NCBI GenBank assembly: GCA_965637545.1
Contig: OZ281496.1
Location: 13,454,001-13,518,000 of the forward strand
From: Phallusia mammillata
Taxonomy: Eukaryota
DNA length: 64,000 nt
Reading direction: 5' to 3'
Below the pieces are notes generated by a model. It saw only the letters and a program-made list of their open reading frames with translations, ran no database searches and had not been told where the DNA came from. Below are positions 24,236 to 35,158 of the stretch, piece after piece (within the stretch, counting starts at the first letter, position 1; each line of letters starts with the position of its first letter). Made by a program: the position numbers and the translations under genes.

Positions 24236-25383
24236 TTGGATGCAAAGAAAGACGATTCGGAGTATTTGTTTATCTTACCTTTTAAAAGGAACAACCTTAT
24301 CAATGCGGCTGATGTGGAAAATACTTCAGTCGTAAATTTACCTTTTAAACGTCACATGATGAATCACACTGGAAAGAAACCACACCGATGCGCTGTTTGC
24401 GACAAAGGGTATAGTCGAGTTGGATATTTGAAACTACACATGATGAATCACACTGGAGAAAAACCACATCACTGCGTTGTGTGTGAAAAGAGGTTTATTC
24501 AACTTGGACATTTGAAAAGACACATGCTGATTCACACTGGCGAGAAACCACATCGATGTAATGTTTGTGAAAAGAGGTTCAATAATGTTGGACATTTGAA
24601 AAGGCACATGCTGATTCACACTGGCGAGAAACCGCATCGATGTAATGTTTGTAAAAAAGGGTTTCGTCAGGCTGGATATTTAAAAACACACATGCTGATT
24701 CACACTGGCGAGAAACCACATCGATGTAATGTTTGTGAAAAGAGGTTCAATAATGTTGGACATTTGAAAAGGCACATGCTGATTCACACTGGTGATAAAC
24801 CACATCGATGTGATGTGTGTGAAAAAAGGTTTTGTCGGGCTGGATATTTGAAAACACACATGCTGGTTCACACTGGAGAGAAACCACATCGATGTGAAGT
24901 TTGTGAAAAACGATTTAGTAACGTTGGAAATTTGAATGCACACATATTGATTCACACTGGTGATAAACTTCATCGATGCAACATTTGTAACAAAAGTTTT
25001 AGACAAAGAGTAGGCGTAAAAATGCACATGAGGATTCACACTAACGAGAAACCTCATCAATGTAATGTTTGTAACAAAAGATTTCGCCAAGGCGTACATT
25101 TGAAATCACACATGATAACTCACACTGTTGAGAAACTTTATCCATGCAATGTTTGCGAACAAAAATTTAGCCGAATGGCAGTATTAAAAAGACACATGTT
25201 GACTCACATTAAAGAGAAACCACATCAATGTAATGCTTGTGGCAAAAGATTTGGTCTTAATGGAAGTGTGAAAAGACACATGTTGACGCACACAAATGAG
25301 AAAACTCATGGATGTGACACTTGTGAAAAGTCAGTTTAACGTGGCGAACAACTGAAAAAACACATGTTGATTCATACTAAATA
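24236..25383 (+). CDS. Tandem C2H2 zinc-finger protein, last coding exon (11 intact fingers plus 1 frameshifted)
   Basis: HTGEKPHRCNVC repeats. The track start is TTG, not ATG, just after a possible acceptor TTAG. The 12th finger is broken at about 25330-25340 and resumes ..LKKHMLIHTK*. Confidence 0.85.
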
Positions 25384-26576
25384 AAAAAGGAAAAGTAACG
25401 AAGTTACAAGGAAATAAAGAAAAACTTACAAGGAAAGTTAAAAAGTGTGCAGTGTTGGGTAAATAACCAAACGCATTCGACGGCTCCACATTAAAATTCA
25501 AGTGCGCTTTCGACACACCCACAAATTGAATTCTGTAAAACGCATTGATTTTTGTAGTGAGTCCTTTTTTACGATTTCGCCTTTCTTTACCAAATTGATG
25601 AGGACTGTTGACGAATCCACTGAGGAAAATAAACAAGCTAACTGATCATGAAACTAATGACATTGATTTAGGAATTGTATTTCAAACCCCAGTCGACGTT
25701 TGAGATAATAGGGGAAAGTCGCTTGAAACTTGCTTAATTTGCGAAATTGTCGCCAGGTGGCAGAATATCTTTTAGATAGCTAAAAGATAGCTTAAAAGCC
25801 TACCTAGTTCCAAGCTTGACGCTGTGCTTTCCGTTCGTTACCGACGGAAAAACAAAATTTGCAATTTTATTATTTTTTTCCGGGATCAAAGTATTTTTTG
25901 TACAAGGTACCTGAAGGTATTAAGGCCCCACCAATTATATTTTTAAATATGGGAGAAAAAAAACTACCGCTCTCATCGGATTTTAAACTTTACACGTATT
26001 TAGAACCTTGTGCGAAGTTAAAAATAGTTGTTACAACCAGTCAAAATCTTTATCCTGTGCATTCGCGACTTTTTATCGGTCCCCTTCCCTGAAGGGGACA
26101 CATCTTGATTTCACTGTTTTTATTTATTTATTTTTTCCCTGCACTTTTGGCATGAAATCTTTGATGGATTTGGATTAAACTTTTACAGGTGGTAGATATG
26201 GTCATGTAGATGTGCCCTTTGGTTCGTTCAAATTGATAGCCCCAGTGGTACCCCACTAGCCCCAAAAACCTAAAACGATTTTGTATGTTGCTGCGCACCA
26301 CAAACGAAAGATTTCTGTGGTGTCACAGTATAATATAGGCAACAGAACATATGGTACTTATGTTTGCACAAAACTTGCTGGACGGTTCTGCACCTGTCAG
26401 TTATAGCGAAGAACCCCCTAAAACGAGGAAACTAGTGTGTGTTCTTTTATTACGTTTTCCTTCGTCACGCTTGAATGACACTTTATTAAACTTACTGGGC
26501 TTACATTAAACTGTACAGTAACTTGCAGCTAATGTGACACTATCGTTTTTTTGCAGAACTTCGAACAAATTAATGA

Positions 26577-27095
26577 AAATGTTTGTGGTGATGTCTAATT
26601 TAATGTTGTAATGGTACCACTAATGACACTATTGTGTTTTAATAGAATGCAGAAAATAAAAATGTTAAGTTTTTGGTGATGTCTAATTTAATTTAATGTT
26701 GTAATTGTACCACTAATGCACTATTGTGTTTTTATAGAATGTAGAAAAAGAAACTGTAAGTTTGTGTTGATGTCTAATTTAATGTTGTAATGGTACCACT
26801 AATGACATTATTGTGTTTTTATAGAATGCAGAAAATGTAAGTTTGTGGTGATGTCTAGTTTAATTTAATGTTGTAATGGTACCACTAATAACACTATTGT
26901 GTTTTTTATAGAATGCAGAAAATGTAAGTTTGTGGTGATGTCTAATTTAATTTAATGTGGTAATGGTACCACTAATAACACTATTGTGTTTTTTATAGAA
27001 TGCAGAAAATGTAAGTTTGTGGTGATGTCTAATTTAATTTAATGTTGTAAAGGTACCACTAATGACACTATTGTGTTTTTGTAGAATGCTGAACA
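26577..27095 (+). repeat. Tandem repeat, about 87-bp unit, about 6 copies
   Basis: Unit GTAAGTTTGTGGTGATGTCTAATTTAATTTAATGTTGTAATGGTACCACTAATAACACTATTGTGTTTTTTATAGAATGCAGAAAAT. Confidence 0.92.
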
Positions 27096-27433
27096 GTAAA
27101 AAATTTGTAAGTATGCATAGTACATGCACCATATTACAAATGTAATTTTGTTATTGCCCTTTTTTGTGTTTCGCAGAAAAAAGAAATACAAGTTTTGGAA
27201 ATTGCTTATGGTGTTATTCTTTTAGGTTCATGCGAAAGAATTAACACTTATTAGCACAAAACTACATGGCAGTTGATGACAGTTTAGGGCAGGAATAGTT
27301 AACTTTTTTTGCTATTGCTAATGAAATAATATGAGAATTCCAACCACACCCATGAGGCTCTCATTTGTGGTCGTTGGCATTTTTGTTAACCCAGACGCCT
27401 CGCCAGTAGCCCTATGAAACTGGGAGTTTGTAG

Positions 27434-27612
27434 TACAACCACACCTGTTGAGCGTTCAAGCCTTTAGACCTTATTACCAGCCTAGGCTTTTGGTTAACCA
27501 CACCATTGGAGCGTTCAAGACTGCAGCAGACTTCTTGGTTAACCACACCGATAAGGCGTTCAAGCAAAAATGCTTATTGGTTAACCACACTCAGGCGTTC
27601 AAGCAAAAATGC
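27434..27612 (+). repeat. Four bipartite motifs TTGGTTAACCACAC-N4-7-GCGTTCAAG with variable spacers
   Basis: Read directly at about 27434, 27490, 27535 and 27577; the first copy has a shorter left half. Confidence 0.7.
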
Positions 27613-27819
27613 GTATTAAATAAAAATTTAACAACTACATTTTGTTTCTATCTGCTAATGTTAGTTAAAGCAACTTCACTTTGTTCTAATGTTTGTACAT
27701 CAAGTATTTTGTTTCAGTTTCTTAAGCTCAATTAAAGAACTTATCTACATGACAAAACTCCTCATCCTAAAATTTACAACATTCCTACTTACATTTAAAG
27801 CATACTTTTGAACTTTGCT

Positions 27820-30800
27820 TTCTTTTACACCCGAATAAAAGCCATTCTTCTGGATTTAATTTGGGCAAAATGATCAATAACTTTCTACTTGATATCTAAA
27901 TGACTACTAAGAAACTGTTTTTCTATTGCAAGCAAAAGCATGAAGTCTTTCTGAATTCATTGTGTTTCTTAGAACAGTTTTATTCTCTTTAGTGTTGAAA
28001 AGCATCGTTCAGCCTGTGAAGTAGTCATAGGGATTGTCAAAAGGATTTTTATCAGTTTTGTAATTTCACTCAATATATCATCTAGATTATTTTCCATGAT
28101 AAATTTCAATATCTCGGGTAATTTGCACACATTTAGTTCAGTTGCCAGCTTTTCTGTGTCAATGAAGGGATAAGTTTCCGGTCAAACAATCTAGCAGCTA
28201 CTATGTGTTCAGTGGAAGAGTATCTGTCCGTAATATCAACACATATACAGTCACATACTTCCCTAGCTTCTGCCTTGAGTGTCTTAAAGGGTTTTCACAG
28301 TACTTTGAATTTCTTATTTTAGAAATAGCACACTTAAAATTTGTCCACATATTCACTGACCTTAAAAGCTTCAATATCTCGAGATTGCATTTGATTGTAA
28401 ATCAGGGGTGCAAAAACTTTTTCAGAATCTGGTAGCGCGCCGAAAATTTTAGTAGCACATACGTTTTTGTGTGTGTGTCTTTTTCCACCTAATGCACACC
28501 TATTTTGTTACTAAAAGTTGTATCACAGGTTCCTATTTTACAAACGGCTACCAAATGTCTCAAATTGTTTAGAATCTAAAGAATTTTGATTTATCTCACA
28601 ATATATCCCAGTTGCTTGTGTCTGAAAGTTTATTCCTAAACTTTTGAACTGAACAGTTTGATGATCGGTCTTAATTGTTAATGACGTCACTATCTAAATT
28701 GTTACGTTGTTTGTTGCCTGTCATTTCGCATTGTTTGCACATAACAGCGTACAAAAAGTCTGTCATGTATTGCTACCGAGATCTCGTCAGTAGCCCCGCA
28801 AAATCTATTTATACCAGTTTTACTGTATACCCTAAAAAAATAAGTTATAGCCTACATCCATACAGTTTCGCGGCCACACCAATTTGTCTCTGAGTACGCA
28901 CATGGCAGCGTGAAGTGACTGTTCGCAAAATTGTAGAAATAGCAGGCTAAAGCACGTTGTACTTGTTTATAAATGTATCGGAAATTTGTTCCGATGCCGC
29001 TTAAGTGTAGGATGAGTAGCGATGCCACACATAGCATCAGGTAAGACAGTATTTTTGGGCCAACCATAAATACAACATGTAATGATTTATCAAGTTTGTA
29101 GAGCTCTTCTGGCAAATGTAATTTTATTTCGACGTTTCGACGTCCTATATACGCTACAGGTGTAGACTGTAAATTAAGACCTCAGTTTATTTTTGTAAAA
29201 ATCTTTATTTTGCCAAAATATTGTGTCGCTACAAAGCTGTTGTAAATGTTTGTGCGACGTGAGTGTAGTTGAGTGCATGTGCGTTACAAATTCTTTTTGA
29301 GACACGAACGTGTGCTTGCCTCATACGTTCGACGATTAGCATGTGCCTTCACATTCGGTCCCAACGTGTAAGAATACTGATAATGAGAGTGATGTTCTTT
29401 TTAGGTTATAAAAGAGTATGCAGAAACCACTACTTCAATTGATGACAGTCATAGTTATGTCATATCAATTGATGAAGGCACCTTTTACACAGTTACCGTA
29501 GCTTCGCGATAGTGCCTCATAAAAATATGCGACTAACGTAATTCGGTCGCGGCTTGATCCAAGCGTGTTTTTCGCCAAAACAATATTGGTAGATCGTTGC
29601 CTAATCTTTATTTTTAGCTAGTTGTGCTACTGCATTATTACTTTATTATTATTATTATTCTGAGAAAATTATTTAAAAAAATATAGACCACCTATAAGCG
29701 TGACCACAAATTGCAGTCGCGCACGCAAGTTTGTTGGTCGCGCGGCGCAACCGTGCGACCGCATTTTTGCACCCCTGTTGTAAATAATTTCGACATAGGG
29801 CATAATCTGATAAAATAGCCCCAATCAAAACTTGAAATTATCGTCAGTCAAGTATTTTAAAATGCCTGTTGCTTCTGCAGTTGTTTGGTCTGCATTTGCC
29901 TGAATTTCAGTGAGGCATTTTTTTAAAGGTGACAAGTTTTCATAAACTCTGATTATGGTCCGAATATTGAAGTTCCACCTTGTAGCAGATGGACGTGGAA
30001 TTTTGGCATCCATATGTTTTTTTAAAATGGTAACAGGTTGTGGTGATCTTGAGAAAAATGTTGGAATAGCCAAAACGTTAGAAAAAAATATTCTTGCATT
30101 TCGACTAATACTTGCTGCATTTTTCATGATCAAATTGAGTTGATGTGCATAACAGTAAATAAAATGTGCATTACTAAACACTGCTTTTACTTTTTTCTGA
30201 ACTCCTGATTTTCTGCCTCTCAAAACATTTGCACCATCATATGTCTGAGCTATTAATTTTTGTCCATTTCCTTGAAGGATGATGTCCAATTGTTCAAAAA
30301 TAAGATTTGATATGCCATCAGCTGCTTGATTTTCTGGAGTAAAAAAAACCCAAAAGCGCTCGTATATTTCTCCATACAAAAAGTAACGCAGAATAAGGAC
30401 CATTTGTGTAGTTTCCGAAACATCAGTTCCACCAACTCTCGAAATGACCGATAGCGAACAATTACATGACATAGCCACTTGTGGTTCCCACGTTATAAGT
30501 CACGTAGCATATGAAAGTTACGTAATGGAAAAGTTACAAGTCATGGCAGCTCTACCCATGACGTCAATGCGAATATTACATCATTTATGTTACAATACCC
30601 ATGGATTAAGAGCATCATCTTTTTCATCACGCAAGTTTCAAAGTTTTCACAGAACAAAATGCAGTCTATAATCTTCACAACTTTTTTTGTTGTGTTCAAT
30701 AATTGAAAGTCTATAAGCCTCACTAAGTTTTTCCTTAATATTTACAGTTCCCAAAAGTGAAAGTGAAACATCATTGTCCACATGCTTCTTTGACTTTTCA

Positions 30801-31600
30801 TGTTTTTCTGCTTTCTCACCTATTTTGGCTACATTTGTAAAACCATCTTTTGTCCAGCATTTTTCATCACCTCCAAACAGCAAACATGGAAAACAGAACA
30901 GTGCATTTTTAACTTCACAACCACAAAACCATCTTTTTTCATTTGATACCATTCAGAATTAAAACTGCGTATATATTTCTTGTTGTGGCTCATTCCTGGC
31001 TGACAAAGTTGAATATCAGGCGTTGAACGCCCTTTTTTCATTATACTTACCTTTTCAGAACTTGATAACTGCGAAAACTTAAGTTGCTAAAGCTCACTTA
31101 CAGTCACCGAATGAGAATCTTTAAAAGCCATGATTAACCTTTCCATCAAAAACTGTAAAAATGATTAAAAAAGAATAACTGTCGTACTGTACTCATTGTC
31201 GAACCTGATGGTACACTTGATTTGCTTTGGCACACAATAAACGCGGAACAGACAACTACTTTCGGGTGCCCATGTCACACGCTACTAGATTGGTGGAGCT
31301 GCGCGAGCCGCAGCACCCTGGCTCCTATTTCGCCCAGCATGTAGCTTTTTAAAGTGCGCATGCGCAGAACCGCAAAACGTCATGAAACGTCAGAAAACTG
31401 GAGCTGCAGTTCCAGCATAGGTAAACATTAGTGTTTCAAAAAAAAAAAATTGTTAATGTAAAAAAAGGTGATAAGGGCGAAAATTATGGAATAAAAAATA
31501 AAAATAATGAAAGTTATTTGTAATATTATGATAGGGGTATTAATTAAAAATATCTAGGGGGTGCTGCAGCTCCGCAGCACCCTAGCACGAGCCGCCCCTG
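27820..31600 (-). mobile_element. Decayed hAT (TTF-finger/ZMYM1-like) element, transposase pseudogene 27820-31131
   Basis: 5' TIR ..AGCCGCCCCTG ends at 31600. FNSEWY..LFCFPCLLF, DVSETTQM, QTYDGANV, CYAHQLNL, TRWN, PMTTSQAERCFSTLKRIK in broken frames. Confidence 0.85.
28403..29777. mobile_element. Non-autonomous hAT nested in the transposase pseudogene
   Basis: TIR CAGGGGTGCAAAAA / TTTTTGCACCCCTG. TSD TTGTAAAT at 28395-28402 and 29778-29785. Confidence 0.92.
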
Positions 31601-32092
31601 ATCTTAAAACATAAACCATAAAACAAAAGTAAGCAGGTAAATGGCGGTCGTTTGTGAAATAAGAATCTGCGATGCAGCCGTCCAAGCAAAAAGGTTGTGC
31701 ACCACTGCACTAAGGTTTTATTTTCTATTTTTGACGTAACAAAGAGCATTGTGTGAGTTGTTAGGAGGCAGAAAAACAACGAAATTTTGTTGGCAGCAAA
31801 AACATGTCTTTTTCATGTTTGTGTGCAGATGCTAAAAATACAATGCTTCATTTTGGTAAAAACTAAAAATTGCCGGAATTAAAGTAATCCTGAAACAAGT
31901 TGCTTGTATTATTATGTGAGAATTTAACAAAATGACAAACAGTAACAGTGGCCACTATGTTTGAAAAAACTAATTATGACTCACCAAACAAAATGCGTTA
32001 AAACCTAGGATGTTATTTGGGGTTCGACCAAATGCTGAAGAATATCGTAGGGGTTCGGCCGTTATAAAAAGGTTAAGTGATAGATCGCGAAG

Positions 32093-32108
32093 ATTCTATT
32101 TGAATAAG
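32093..32108 (+). other. Ascidian (Ciona-type) spliced-leader sequence ATTCTATTTGAATAAG at the head of a LINE
   Basis: Exact 16/16 match to the Ciona SL exon as recalled from the literature; about 80 nt upstream of the LINE ORF1 ATG. Confidence 0.8.
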
Positions 32109-32188
32109 GTTGCTTAGGTAACACTATTTAAATATAAAAAAATCTGATTTGCTGAGAAATTGTGTGAAAACTTGGGGATTATTGGAAA

Positions 32189-32902
32189 GATGTCTCAATT
32201 GAGGAAAAAAGGGTCGAACAATCTGTGGTTCTTGAAAGGATAGAATCCCTGAGGGATGAGGTTCGGGAGAGTAAAATCTCCACCGACTTAACCCTAAAAG
32301 AACTAATCAATGAGCTCAGGGAGATCCGCAAGAGCCAAACTTTCTTGCAGGAACAATATGATACGGTACAGACTCAGCTGGTAAACAACGAGGCTGAGAT
32401 GAAACTTCTAAAAACTGAAAACAGGGAACTCAAAAAGGCTGTAAAAGAACTACAAGTGCAAACAATCTCCAATGTCGAGAGCTTAAATGATCTCGAGCAA
32501 TATGGTCGAAGACCATGCTTGGAGTTCAAAGGCCTGCCCTATTCGGAAACGGAGCCTGAGATCAGTATCTCTCACCGACTTAGGCGAGTCTCTAAAGATC
32601 ATCCCCGTCCGGTAATCATTGCTAAATTTATGAGCCGCAAAGTGAGAGATGCCATTTACTCCAACCGGTATAGGCTGAAACAATCCAACAAAGGCGTAGC
32701 CCCTGGGAACCAAATTTTCATCAACGAGAGCCTGACAAAGAAGAACCGTGAGCGATTTAACAACTGTCTCCGGTTTAAGAGGGAGCACCAGTACCATCAC
32801 ATCTGGATTAGGAACGGAGCGACATTTCTGAAGAAGAATGGCAACAGCAACATTATTGCCACCCACAGTGACAAAGACTTGGTGAGGCATAAGATTTGTT
32901 AA
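32189..32902 (+). pseudogene. LINE ORF1 (coiled coil plus RRM/CTD-like)
   Basis: ATG near 32189 then a frameshift. LNDLEQYGRRPCLEFKGLP, SHRL, PVIIAKF, IFINESLT, HIWIRNG. Confidence 0.82.
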
Positions 32903-32999
32903 TACTTGTTGTATTTTAACCCACAAACTTTTACAACTTCTCTTCCACATGAAATGCAACAAATGCGCAAGTAATCTTCACAATAACACCCCATACTTT

Positions 33000-35158
33000 T
33001 GTACCATGCCTACTATCCTATTTACCATTCAGCAATGTCAGTAACTCAGAGCTAGAAAGTGCTATTTCACCAGTAAAATCACCATTTTCACCCTGTTTAC
33101 TGGCCAACATTGATCACACTCATTCATGTTACTATGATTGTGCATCCATGAACTATGCCCTAAAGAAACTTAGCAACAAAGATATGTTAATATTGCACAT
33201 AAACATTCGAAGTCTGAGAAAAAAACAAACCTGCTTTAGAACAACTTCTGTCTGATATGGTAAGATCCCCTGACATTGTTATGATATCTGAGACTAGAAT
33301 AACCCTAAATGGCATAACCACTGCTACTGATATAATGGGATATAATTTCCATCATACTGATACTTCACACAGTGCAGGAGGAGTAGGAGTTTATATAAAA
33401 TCACACATTTTTTATAGCATAAGATCTGATATTAAATTTACTGCTCCAGATACTGAAAGTCATTGGTTGCAACTTAAATTGAAACAAAAAAATGTAAAAT
33501 TGGGAGTAACATACAGACATCCCAAACATTCATTTGAAGTGTTCCAGGATGCACTATCATCAGTATTGCATAAGCTCAGTGATACCAACCATCCTGTATA
33601 TATATGTGGTGACTTTGACATAGATCTCATGCAATACAAGGATGTAAAAAGTCTTCAAAACTTTTTTATGATCTCTCACCATTAATATGTCAACCAACTC
33701 GTTTAACGAACCACAGCCAAACTCTTATTGACCACTTTTACACAAACAATGTACATATTACCTGCAAATCAGGAATACTGACTGCAGACATTTCTGACCA
33801 CTTGCCAACTTTTGTGTTAAAAATTCCTGAAAAGAAATTAGACCCGAATATAAAAGATGCTGTTATGAAAATACCACTGTTACCTGAAACTATATTACAT
33901 CAATTTTCTTCATTTAACCATGTATTTAACAAAATACTGCAACACCATGCACCACTGACCACAGTGAGTAGAAGAAGAAAATTGGCCAAGAAACCTTGGA
34001 TAAGCAAGAGTATTTATAAATCAATCACAGTAAAAAATAAAATGTATCATGCTTTATGTAGGTCAGGATTTTCAAGTACAAGTAAACATAACCAATATAA
34101 ACAGTATCGTACCAAGCTAAACCGCATTCTGAGAGAAGCTAAACATAAATACATCGAAAACGAACTGACAGATCACAGAAATGATGTTGGTGGAATGTGG
34201 AAAATTATTAATAGTTTGTTGTCACGAAAACAAACTTTACACAACGCTCCTGCCGGACTACAACTAGATGGAATATCACAATGCACTAAAGACCCAGTTT
34301 TAATTGCTAGCAATTTTAATCAGTTCTTTGCTAACATACAAGCAAATATGGCATTATCCATTCCACAGCCAGTTATGCCACCACTTGATAGTTCCTCCAT
34401 CATCCTTCTTCTTCTATGACACTACCCCAGATGAGGTGGAAATGTATATATCCACTCTTGACAGTCAAAAATCTGTGCCCAGTTATGAAATTCCTATTAA
34501 ATACATCAAAATGGTTAAAAGCATTATTTCACCTTTGCTCTCCGAGACTTTCAACTGGTGTATACAACATTGGGAATATTACCCCACTGAACTGAAAATT
34601 GCGGAAGTAATACCCATTCATAAATCAGACTCACAAGTTGAATGCACTAACTACAGACCAATTTCACTGCTATTCCCTTTTGCTAAGATTTTTGAAAAAA
34701 TTATGTATGATCGTTTGTATGACTACGTTGAAAAAAATGGAATGTTAACAACTCACCAGTATGGTTTTCGATGCAATCGATCCACCTTCCTGGCAAGTTA
34801 CGATATCCACGAAAAAGTGTTACCATACTGAGTTAGAGCATCAGTATGGAAAACGGGGAAGTCCCTCAGAACTGTTCCGTAGCTACTTAAGTCACCGCAA
34901 ACAATGCACACGCATAGCCAATGTAACATCACAACTGCTAAACGTTACCTGTGGTTGCCTTCAAGGTTCGTCACTGGCTCCTTTACTCTTCTCGCTTTGC
35001 ATTAACGATTTACCAACGGCATCTAAATTCACAACGAAACTCTTTGCGGATGACACGTGTTTAAGCATGCCATCAGAGTCGCTGACTGATCTACAGGCAA
35101 ACGTAAACAAGGAACTCGTTTATATTGACAACTTGATGCGCCACAACAATCTTTCGCT
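33000..35158 (+). pseudogene. LINE ORF2 (APE endonuclease plus reverse transcriptase), frameshifted
   Basis: NIRSL, SETR, GGVGVYIK, YRHP, CGDFDIDL, SDHLP; YRPISLL, QYGFR, QGSSLAPLLF..INDLP, FADDT. Confidence 0.9.

Larger units (their letters stand above)
32093..35158 (+). mobile_element. CR1/L2-group LINE, 5'-complete, internally deleted, 3'-truncated
   Basis: ORF1, then APE endonuclease, then RT. Ends abruptly at the segmental-duplication junction. Confidence 0.88.

Noticed and set aside
26085-26260. Helentron-associated (HINE-like) start with GGTCCCC..GGGGAC hairpin
   Set aside because: Only a general resemblance; no matching end or second copy in the window.
27434-27612. CRISPR array
   Set aside because: Eukaryotic context, degenerate bipartite repeats, short uneven and partly repeated spacers, and no cas genes.
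29120-29165. Third hammerhead (CGACGTTTCGAC = GAAAC-GUC on the minus strand)
   Set aside because: The CUGANGA half of the core is missing; at best a decayed Penelope-type remnant.
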